This document shows, piece by piece, positions 25,141 to 35,368 of a stretch of 55,815 nt of DNA (positions are counted from its first letter, which is position 1; each line of letters opens with the position of its first letter). The position numbers and the translations under genes were made by a program. The notes under the pieces are model-generated. The model saw only the letters and a list, made by a program, of their open reading frames with translations, did no database searches and was not told where the DNA came from. The stretch is from Trypethelium eluteriae (lineage: Eukaryota), in contig JAVECL010000094.1 in NCBI GenBank assembly GCA_051942245.1, positions 1-55,815 of the forward strand. The letters are read 5' to 3'.

Positions 25141-27391
25141 ATGGACGCAAAAGTGAGTACGCGCCTGAGGCCTCCCCATCGGTTTGCAGCGGCTTCAACA
25201 AGACAGCCTACACCACAGCAAAGCGCATTCACTACAATTGAGAGGAGGCACTAGCGCGATGTATCCCGTGGATCAATAACCATTCTACCCCTTGACTCAC
25301 CCTTCGCAAACTCGAACCTTTCGTCAGGCAGAATGGGAATGCTAATCATTGGCTCACAGCCCCAGAGACCATTAAAAGCCTTCAAAGTGCGCGACGAGAA
25401 TATGGCTTTGCCTGCAGCCATTACGAACAAAACCATCCTCCAGCGCAATAAGTCTTCTCCAGCACTCTCCACACTGGTGCAAGTCGGTGCCCTCAAAGCT
25501 GCTGCCAAACGAACTGCATTCGCAGACGTGAGCAATACTCTCCGACCGCCTCCACCATCGAAGGATGATGTAGCATTGTTGAGCAAAGGGACCAATGACG
25601 CTGTGGAAAGTGCTACCATACAAGTTCAAGATACACATAAGCCAGCGACGCTACTACGTCCCGCTCAGCGTCCGCTGTCTAATATGGGTCCCAAGTCGAG
25701 CACGGATAGCATGGCGACGATAATAGAAGAGACTAAGCAACCTGTCCGCAGGCAGACGGTTTCCGTGTCAAATTCCCGACTTGTCCAGGCCGTTGACAAT
25801 GCACCGAAAGATGCAAACAAAAAGACCACCACAGTTTTCAAAGACGTGCCCGATATATCCAAGGTTTCCATATCCAACGAGAGCACTGCCACGGTCAATA
25901 GTCATACTGCTCCACTCCTCCAGGACCTAGTTACCGGTCAACAAAAGATCAAGACCGAGATTCGGGCTGAGTCTTCCAAGAACGAGCCATCTTCCAGCCC
26001 CGATCATGCTCCTGTCGTCTCCTCTGGTATCTCCGTACGCCCACAAGAACAAGCTCAAGAGAAGCTGCAAGATAATGGGGCGGCTATGCGACCCTTATAT
26101 GTTGATGCTGTGGAGTCCCAGGATCAACAAAATACATATGATACTATTTCCCTCGAAGCACAGGCGCAGCTTGAATACCTCGCAGACCTTGAATCCAAAG
26201 CAACGGCGCTCAATCGGACGTGCCAGGCTGAGATAGTGGTTGATCCCCAGCTGCCAGGAGTTCCGGATCTGGAAGATTGGGTAGACGAAGATGGTGAGCC
26301 ATACTACGAGGACGGATACACAACGGCACGCTCTTTGAGATTAAGAAGCGACGGCAACACTACTGGAGGAGTCACCGTCGTTTTAAACCCCAAGGTTACG
26401 GCACGTGTTGAGAGGGAACTTGCAGCTGCCAAAGAGATTGTGGAGAGTTCGAGGACCGAGGAAGATATAGAGGATGAAGCCTGGGATACGTCTATGGTAG
26501 CTGAGTACGGTGATGAGATTTTTCAATACATGAGAACACTCGAGGAGAGAATGCGTCCAAATCCACACTACATGGACAATCAAGCCGAGATACAATGGTC
26601 AATGCGATCTGTCCTCATGGATTGGCTGGTTCAAGTTCATCACCGGTTTCAGCTTCTTCCAGAGACGCTTTTCCTCAGCGTCAACTACGTCGACCGCTTC
26701 TTGTCCTGTAAGGTTGTCTCTCTTGGAAAACTGCAGCTTGTTGGCGCTACCGCAATCTTCGTCGCAGCCAAATATGAAGAAATCAACTGTCCAGCCGTTC
26801 AAGAGATCGTCTACATGGTGGACAATGGTTATAGCACCGAAGAAATTTTGAAAGCGGAACGATTCATGCTTAGCATGCTTCAATTTGAACTTGGATGGCC
26901 AGGTCCCATGAGCTTCTTGCGACGGATCAGCAAGGCTGATGATTATGATCTGGAGACCAGAACTTTAGCCAAATATTTCCTGGAAATCACCATCATGGAT
27001 GAGCGTTTCGTCGGTTGTACACCAAGCTTCACGGCAGCTGGCGCACACTGTCTCGCCCGTCTCATGCTCAGAAAAGGGGATTGGGCAAGTTTGACCCCTC
27101 CGACTTCATTTCTACTCTGCTAATTATGTTCAGTCTCCCGCTCATGTCCACTACTCGGGTTACACGTACTCTCAACTTCGCCAACTCATCAGCGTCATCC
27201 TTGAATGCTGCGAGGACCCACACAAGCATCACGCCTATGTATTCGAGAAATACACGGACAAGCGTTACAAGCAGGCTTCAATCTACGTCGAAAAGGAGAT
27301 CAACAAGGGCTTTCAGCTGCCTTCAATGCCTCGTGATAGCATTGCAGGCTTTCGCGATTCGGCCTCGCTACCCTGGAAGCGGAAATCGTGA
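25141..27391 (+). CDS. B-type cyclin, Clb3/Clb4-like
   Basis: A 12-nt first exon (MDAK) and intron 25153-25359. D-box RTAFADVSN. Cyclin box MRSVLMDWLVQVH...ETLFLSVNYVDRFLS...LQLVGATAIFVAAKYEE. A GC-AG intron 27085-27133 restores GDW|SPAHVHYSGYTYSQL. Confidence 0.93.
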
Positions 27392-28322
27392 TTCTTCCGC
27401 AACGAGGTCGCTCTCGGCAAGAAATCTCTGGCTTTAGATTCTTCCGATCCATCGTTCTGGTTCACTCATCTGATCCAACACCTTTCTTTCCTACTCGACA
27501 TCAGGAATATTGGACAAGCTCTTCCCAGTATCGACCTCACATTCCTTTTCGAGAAGCTCTTCGCGACCACGAGCTCAAATTCGGAGACAGCAGCAATTCA
27601 GCCAAGGAGCGATTGACGAAAGCGTCCCATGACAGTGCTATTTCCCAGAGATTGCCGCTGGAGCACCGGATGTCACTCATTCGGTCTTCAAGCTGTCACC
27701 ACCCCAACAAGGCAGGCGCTAGCAGCCACCACTTTGTGTATGCTCAATGCCACCCTTCGGTCCTGTCACTGACTTGTCGTCGCCTTTTTCCTAGCTCATC
27801 TCTCTTTGACCGCAGCATCTCCCGGCGTCTGGGTAGCGAAAGTTTATCACGATGCGATGATTCCACGAATAAGAAATTTCCCATTCTTCTCGGGTGCCCC
27901 TAGTGTGCAAGTTCTTGAAGCATACTTGTCTGCCTGATCGTGGCGTCCTCTCCCTTCTGTCTCGGTCTGGTGTGTTGGTAGTATAATCCTTGCCGGTCTT
28001 GGGTCAAACAAGGCTGCTGGCGTGATGACTGCGGTGCATTCGGATTCTTGTTTTTCCTCTTCAACCTCATTCATTCTTGTCATCCGTGGAGTTCAATTGG
28101 TCGTCCATAGCACCCAAGCAAGTGTCTAATTGGGACTGAAACAGAGCATTGCGAATTGTACATAGCTGAAACGAAGCACTAATAGAAAGTACCCTTCATG
28201 TTGATTTGTTACTGGGGCAGGAAGTAGTGTCGTCAGCGATAATAAGACGTGAGGCAGGTTATACGGAGCAGGACAGGTAAGGTATCTGAGGTATTGGGTT
28301 AGCACGATTAGGTGAAGGACCT

Positions 28323-28344
28323 TAAGGTAAGGTAAGGTAAGGTA
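28323..28344 (+). repeat. (TAAGG)4 microsatellite upstream of the reductase gene
   Basis: taaggtaaggtaaggtaaggta. Confidence 0.8.
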
Positions 28345-28819
28345 CTAAATTTCCCTGAGGGACCCCGCGATGCCGGCCGTGCCGGCGTCTGCAGGCACCG
28401 CGTCCCGCACCTCCCGAGATCCAGAGAATCCACTTCGCACTTCTCACGGCTCCACCAACAGACTTGGCTCAAATTAGAACACGTTTACGTCGCGACCCTG
28501 AGCAACACCTCCAGGCGTCCCGCGCACCTCTTTTCGCAGCCCTCAATAGACATGGGCTCGATTTGGTGCCGGAGGCTGCTACGGCTCCGAAGTTGTCGGA
28601 TCCCCACCCGGTTGCATACCGTTAGAAATATTTATCAAAATCCGGCCAGCAAGCTTCAATCTGTTTTCCTTTCACTTTCTCGTAAATCTGAAGCTTCCCT
28701 CACTTTTTCTGTCAATCATTCCTAGATTCAAGTAATTGAGTGCGAACTGTTATTCTCATTTGAGCGCATTTTCTTTTCCTAACGAGTTAAGACGAAAAAG
28801 CCCCGCTCTCAGCTTCAAA

Positions 28820-29827
28820 ATGGCTACCCAACCAGTTCTTGTGCCAACAGCTTCTCTTCACGGAAAGGTTGCCCTGATCACGGGCGCTGGACGCGGTATG
28901 TGATTTTCTAAGTTTCCTTTCTAACAAAAGCCATCTTGAGATCGCCTGTGTACCTCTCGCAAGAGCGCCCAGCTCCAGAACCTTCGATTTCCAAAAAAGC
29001 CACCAAGCCACCAGTCTGACCACCCTTAGGTATCGGTCGCGGTTGCGCAATTGAGCTCGGCAAGCGCGGTGCCAACGTCGTCGTCAACTACCAATCCTCC
29101 AAGGCTTCTGCCGATGAAGTAGTGAGCGAGATAGAGTCGAGTGGTAGCGGCGCAAAGGCTGTCAGCATCCAAGCAGATGTCTCAAAGGTTCCCGAGATCA
29201 CTCGTTTATTTGAGGAGACAAAGAAGCACTTTGGCCGTATCGACATCGTCATGAGCAACTCGGGTACCGAGTCCTGGGACAAGACGGAGGAGATCACGGA
29301 GGAGAAGTACGACCACGTGTTTAACCTGAATGCGCGGGCACAATTCTTCGTTGGCCAGACGGCATACAAATATCTGGAAAACAACGGCCGGTTGATCCTG
29401 ATGAGCTCCATTGCCGCCGGGTTACTGGGAGTGAAGGATCATGCGCTATACAATGCGTCGAAGATGGCCGTGATAGGGATGATCAAATCTTTTGCGACGG
29501 ACTTTGGGAAGAAGGGGATCACTGTCAACGGAGTTGCTCCCGGAGGTATCAAGTCGGACATGTTCACTCAAAATGCATGGCATTACATCCCAGGTGGTTC
29601 GCCTGATTGGTCCGCAGAGAGAATTGAGGATTTGATGGCGCAGCATTGCCCCCTTGGCAGGTGTGCAGTGCCTCAGGACGTGGCACGAGTTGTCGGTTTC
29701 CTGACCAGTGAAGATGGTGGATGGATCAATGGTATGATTTCCTGATCCCCCTGAACTGCACTAATATAGCTAACCTCGCCGGGCATTAGGACAAGTCATT
29801 ACGATCTCTGGTGGCTCTTCTCAGTAG
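28820..29827 (+). CDS. 1,3,6,8-tetrahydroxynaphthalene reductase (4HNR/Arp2-like SDR, DHN-melanin pathway)
   Basis: [87 protein letters not shown]. Introns 28896-29029 and 29732-29789. Confidence 0.88.
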
Positions 29828-30532
29828 ATGCATCGCATCAAGAGGCATAGGAAAGCTCACCAGAACACGAATATTGCATTTCCTAGATACCTAACCATAA
29901 GGATGTATTTACATTATCACACGCCATAGACAAGACTTTTAATCAAAATATACCCATCCGCCTTGAGCTACGCTTTCCTGAAGTTTGAATGGAGGCTGAG
30001 GTCAGGTTCTTCTGACCACTGGCCTAAACGTCCACTCCCTCACAACTTTCCTTCTCTAACTCCCCATCCACAGTCTCAACTGCACGGTGATTGCGAAGAT
30101 GAACTCACTGAACCGTACGCTCTGACAGACCTGGAAATTTTCCTGAAATTCAGATGTCATGTTTGGGTATAAAAGGACCATCTCCGTACAAATCTACCCG
30201 TTATCTCTTTTTCTACCGCTCTATTTCCTCACTCACAAATCGAAATGAGCTTAGAATACGAACATAGAGAACAGCAGCCACTAGCTTTCGAGAGAAAGAA
30301 ATTTCATCTCAAATTTCCGAAATAATTTTTCGCCAGATTTTCTGATTGCGGAGTTTTTGAAACCTCCGAGAATTTTTTGAGAAACTCCGGAAAGGATGCG
30401 TCCATCACGGCGGACAAAAGTCATGGCCCGCGGGGTCTGTTCAAACTACGTCAGCGTCGATCACAAAATTGAATTTTCGGGATAACACACTCAGCTAGAG
30501 CCAATTGAGCGACACTTGTACCGCAAGCAGCC

Positions 30533-31683
30533 ATGCATATCCTCGTAGGCTATGTCTTTTACTTGCGAATCATCTCAATTAGCTTGCTAACCTCCTTCGA
30601 CTTTACAGGTTACCAACGATGACGGTCCTCCTTCGCCGCAATCGTCGCCGTACGTCCATTCGCTCGTCACCGAACTCCAAGCCGCCGGCCACACCGTCTC
30701 CGTCATCCTGCCCAATACTCAGCGCTCTTGGATTGGCAAAGCACACATCGTAGGCCAGTCCATTGCGCCCACCTACTACCGCCCCGGTTTGCTGCACGCC
30801 GACACCGGGACGACACATAGTCGACCGTACCGACACTCCCCTTCCTCCACTACCTCTGGGGGAACAGCACAGGACACAAATGGCAACGCTTCCTCCACCT
30901 CCTCGGTCGAAGAATGGATCCTCATCCCCTCCACACCCGCCACCTGTGTCCAGCTCGGCCTGCACCACTTCTTCCTCTCTCGCGGCCCCGTCGACCTCGT
31001 CCTCAGCGGCCCCAACTACGGGCGCAACACCACCGCCGTCTTCGCCCTCTCATCCGGCACCCTGGGCGGGGCGCTCGAAGCTGCGGTGTGCGGGCGCCGC
31101 GCCATCGCGCTCTCCTACGCGTTCTTCGATCGGGAGAACAAGCCCGAGGTGATTCGGGAGGCGAGTCGGCATAGCGTCAGGTTAGTGGAGAAGCTGATGG
31201 GGGAGGAGGCAGGGAAGTATTGGGAAAAGGCGCATTTGTATAGTGTGAATGTGCCGTTGGTGGAGGGGGTGGCGGGGAAGAAGGTGCTGTGGACGGAGAT
31301 GCTGCAGAACTGGTGGAGGAGTGGGAGTTGCTTTCAGGAGGTAGAGGTGCCGGAGGAAGAGGATGAGTCGCCGGCAGAGAGGGAGGAGCAGTTGAGAAGG
31401 CAGGAGGTGGGAGAGGAGGCAGATGCCGAGGCGGCGCGGGAAGAGAAGCACATTAGGCATACGCACAAGCATTTCAGGTGGGCGCCCCAATTCAAGGACG
31501 TGCATGAGAGCGTAGAGAGAAGTGCGCCTGGGAATGATGGCTGGGCGATCAGGCAGGGTTACACGAGGTGAGTGGCTTTTGTTGTATGTCCTGTGTGGAT
31601 AAGCTGACATTATGTGTAGCATTACGCCGTTACGCGCTAACTTCATGCATGTATCCGGCTTCGAGGGCGAGCTGAAGCTGTGA
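30533..31683 (+). CDS. SurE-family 5'/3'-nucleotidase (stand-alone)
   Basis: MHILVTNDDGPPS, QRSWIGKAH, TPATCVQLG, DLVLSGPNYGRN, SSGTLGGALEA, YSVNVP, SITPLRANF. Introns 30545-30608 and 31568-31619. Confidence 0.9.
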
Positions 31684-31797
31684 CGAATTGGGTAAAAGGT
31701 ACCACTTCGATCATGCAAATTTCCACGGAAATACCTGTCACGTATAGAATATCGTACGAGACCATAGAACTCGATTTTTTAACCACCAAAAGCGGTT

Positions 31798-32862
31798 TCA
31801 CAGGTGTCCCCCAAGCCTACCCTCCACTCTACCTAGCATCCCCACGACCCTGCTGCACAGATCCTCCACGGCCGGCTCGTTCCCCTCCCCGTCAACTCCA
31901 TGCTTTGCCCCCTCGATCACCCCTCCATCCTCATCCCACGTTCCCCCTTTCTCCTTGACCACCCTCCTCCACCTTCCTACCAACGCGCCTTTATCTATCG
32001 TCACCGGCACATATTCATCCTTCCCACTATACAGCACCAACAGCCTCGTCCTCACCGGTACCTTCCCAAACGTCGCCTCCAATCGCTCCGCCCCAAAGTC
32101 CGAACTGAAATAGTCGTCCTCACCTTCATGCTCTGGCCCCGGCGACACGACAGCGAGAAACCTCGCCGCAGACAGCGGCGCAGGACCGAAGGCCTCCCGC
32201 GTCAGCTCCCTGGAAAGCAGCTCGCGAGGACGGCCTTTGGCAACGAACTCGCGCGCCGAGGTGATCGCCTGGCTGAGCTGCTCAGCGGTTGTCGTGATGG
32301 CGAGGCCTTCGCGGTCGGAGGCTGGAGCTTGGAGGATGGCGCCGTCGATAGGATCGGTGGTGGCGAAGGGTGGGGACGGCAATGCGTGCTGGAGGGTAGC
32401 ATTGGAGCCGCCGACGAGGTATTCCATGATGTCTTGGCAGCCGGTGGAGTGGCCCATGAGCACGACTTTGCCTCCTGCTTCACTTCCGCCTTCGCCTCGG
32501 TCGCCATCGCCGCCTCCGCCGTGGTCCGCTGAGGCTTGGTATAGCGAGCGGAAGTACCGCACGCATTTCAATATCTCTTCGGCATCTGAGCGGAGGGACT
32601 TTGTTCCCCAGGCTTCGCCGGAGGAGCTGAGAGCGAGGCGGGCGAGGCGCCAGTGTGGGGGAAGGTGGGCGGCAAGAGAAGTGGGGTAGCTGGGCGTGAG
32701 GAGGGTGTTATAGAGGCCGGGGATGAAGAGCAGAATGTTTTTATGAGGACTTATGGTGCTGGCGGAAGAAGACTGAGGTGCGTATTCGAAGGCGTAGACA
32801 TATTGCGTAATGTGGTGGAGGGTGCCTTGGTGAGCGGATGGCTCGAAAGCTGGAGAGGCCAT
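31798..32862 (-). CDS. DUF1749/UPF0613 alpha/beta hydrolase
   Basis: LLFIPGL, WGTKSLRSDAEEI, nucleophile motif GHSTGCQD, GAILQAPASDRE, DDYFSSD, SGKDEYVP, GAKH. Confidence 0.85.
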   Translation of the reverse strand: MASPAFEPSAHQGTLHHITQYVYAFEYAPQSSSASTISPHKNILLFIPGLYNTLLTPSYPTSLAAHLPPHWRLARLALSSSGEAWGTKSLRSDAEEILKCVRYFRSLYQASADHGGGGDGDRGEGGSEAGGKVVLMGHSTGCQDIMEYLVGGSNATLQHALPSPPFATTDPIDGAILQAPASDREGLAITTTAEQLSQAITSAREFVAKGRPRELLSRELTREAFGPAPLSAARFLAVVSPGPEHEGEDDYFSSDFGAERLEATFGKVPVRTRLLVLYSGKDEYVPVTIDKGALVGRWRRVVKEKGGTWDEDGGVIEGAKHGVDGEGNEPAVEDLCSRVVGMLGRVEGRLGGHL

Positions 32863-33361
32863 TGCGGGGATAGTTACAGGCAACTTGATATTGTTCAGGA
32901 ATGCATAGAGGGCTGCGATACGGTTGTATTATTTCTAAAGGCCTTGGGAAGTTAGAATGGCTATCATCAGTCAAAGCTAAGTTTTTGGCAAACAGAATCG
33001 CGCAGTGGGGTGAGGAAATTTGGTGACTTGACGTACTTGGCAATCGCGCCGAGCTGACGAGCTGTGCCTGCATCACACATGACCAGCCCGCGGCGGCTGA
33101 ACTTAAACACAACAACCATCAGTTCACGGCACAGTGAATTCAACATCAGTTCTGAATAGAAGCAACCGCTTGATCCGTTGTATGCTATTTATTCGTGGAC
33201 TCATTAAGAGAGCACGGCTCTAATTACATGCTGAGAGGTATCGAGAAAATCTTATGAGCAAACAAGAATGGATCGAGTTATGTCAAAAGGGAATACACTG
33301 AGTCTGACACTTGTACAGCCTCGCGTCCGTCTGATAAAGAAATTTGAGAAAACGAGTGTAT

Positions 33362-35078
33362 TTATGCATCGACCTTCTCGGTGGAGTGCTCGACGCGCTC
33401 GGGGCTGTACTCGTGGGAGATCTTCTTCTCGAAGTCGCCGTGCTCAAGGGCAACAGCATCTTTGAAGGCAACACGAGTCTTCCAGGCAGGCACACCAATG
33501 TAGCGAGGACCACTTGGATCAGTGAACATGGCCTCGACCTCCTCGAGCGGCTTGCCAGCGGTTTCTGGGAACATGAAGAAGACGTGGACGAACATACCAA
33601 CGCAGAAGACAGCGAAGATAATGTATGTCTTCCAGGTGATATTCTCGAAGGCGGGAGGCACGAAGTATCCGAGCGCGAAATTGAAGATCCAGTTACCAGA
33701 GGTAGCAAGAGCGACAGCCTTACCACGGACACGAAGAGGGTAGAGTTCAGGTGGATAAATCCAAGAGACTGGACCCCAAGTTGGCGCGTACGAAGCGACG
33801 AAGAGATATGAGCAAGCGATGACGGCCTTAGAGGCAGAGCCGGAGACTTGAACCTTCGCCTCGGGCTTGTTCTGAACACCGTTTGGAACGTAGACGCCCT
33901 TACTGGCCAAGATACCAGCGTTGGCGAAGAGCCAGGTCATCATCAGCACGGCACCAACCAAGAGAGTTGGGCGACGACCCCAGCGGTCGACAAAGAGAAG
34001 GGCCGGAATGGTCATGACGACGTTGATGACGTACTGGATGGACGAGGCGACCAGATTCGTGTTCGAGGTGAGACCAGCCATCAAGAAAACGTAGGTGATG
34101 TAGTACATCATCACGTTCATGCCGGTGAGCTGAGACCACACCTGGGTGAAGAAACCAATGTGGGTACGGTTGATCATGTTGGGCTTGAAGAGCTCAAGGT
34201 AGGTGACATCAGCGTTTTCACGCTCGAATTTCCATGTATCCTGGATCTCTTGGTATTCGCGGGCAACGAAGGGGCTGTTCGGGTCACCCTTGCCGTGGAC
34301 GAGAGTAAGCACAGCGTGGCACTCCTCCCAGCGGTCCTTGCGAGCGAGCCAACGTGGAGACTCTGGAAGGAACATCATACCGAAGAAGAGCATAACGGCA
34401 GGAATCATCTGGAGGCCCCACGGAACACGGAATGCCTTCGAGCCTTGCAAGAAAGAGCATCCGTAAGAGACGTAAAACATGATCATGATGCCCCAGGTGA
34501 TGGCCCATTGCTGGAGACCAACGAGACGACCTCGCTTGGTGGGAGGAGCAAGCTCGGAAATAAAGACAGGGACCTGCGCGGAGCAAATACCCACACAGAA
34601 CCCGTTGATGAAACGACCGGCAACGAGCATACCAATGTTCTGAGCAGCGCAGCAGATAGTGGAGCCAATGACCCTGAGATAATAGTCAGCATTGATTCGG
34701 GCATCGACTATTGATGGCATGGCTTACCAGATGACGCAGCCAATCATGATGGCTCTCTTACGACCGAACATATCAGAAAGGTAACCGGAGATCAAAGCAG
34801 CGATGAAGGAACCACCAGGCATAGCAGCAGTGATACCGCCCTGGGTGGAGGAGGTAGGACCTTCGCAAGTGCCATCGGCATTGATTGAACCCTGATTGAA
34901 GTAACAAGAGTACTGGTTGGTGGAGATACTACACAAAGGACTGTCAGCATACGGGACCGTTTTCGATAGCCATCTCGGGGTCAACCTACATGGCGCTCAT
35001 CGACGAGATATCGAAGCCGAAGAGACCACCACCGACGACGGCAATGGCCGCGATGAGGTAGATGTTACCAATGGCCAT
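33362..35078 (-). CDS. MFS sugar porter, HGT1-like high-affinity hexose transporter
   Basis: GGGLFGFDISSMS, SDMFGRK, GRFINGFCVG, PESPRWL, WSQLTGMNVMMYYI, DRWGRR, SWIYPPELYP, PETAGKPLEE. Introns 34989-34929 and 34727-34674. Confidence 0.93.
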
Positions 35079-35118
35079 GGTTGCTACACCGGTCAAGCTT
35101 GGTTGATGGTGCGTTGGA

Positions 35119-35368
35119 GTGGAGGCGCAGAAGGTGAAGGGAAGTGGAAGATTTGCGGGGGTGCGAGAATGTTATATGCTGGGGCAACGATGGAGACATG
35201 CCGGGGAAAGGTCACGCTGGTGGAAGACCCTGGCGATCCTCACCAGGAAGATTGGTAGGAAATTGAGGGCTACCGTGCACACGGCTTGGAGTCGCTTCGC
35301 ACCTGTTCAGCGGCGGGAATCTTTCTCGCCCCGGGCATCACCTCCGCGCTTGGCCGCACGGGCTCCGC
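35119..35368. promoter_or_regulatory. TATA element and dense CreA-type SYGGRG sites in the transporter promoter
   Basis: GTGGAG 35119, GCGGGG 35155, CTGGGG 35179, CCGGGG 35201, CCCCGG 35329, CTCCGC 35342 and 35363. TATAA on the minus strand at ~35172-35176. Confidence 0.5.

Noticed and set aside
27388..27903. 171 aa ORF after the cyclin stop
   Set aside because: Non-ATG start, no motifs; consistent with 3' UTR.
28820..32862. Secondary-metabolite or melanin gene cluster around the reductase
   Set aside because: No PKS/NRPS, dehydratase, oxidase or cluster regulator nearby; the neighbours are a cyclin and SurE.
33848..34714. 288 aa + strand ORF and other long antisense ORFs over GC-rich genes (e.g. 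16681-17406, 31900-32532, 51782-52411)
   Set aside because: Shadow ORFs caused by the codon bias of the real gene on the opposite strand.
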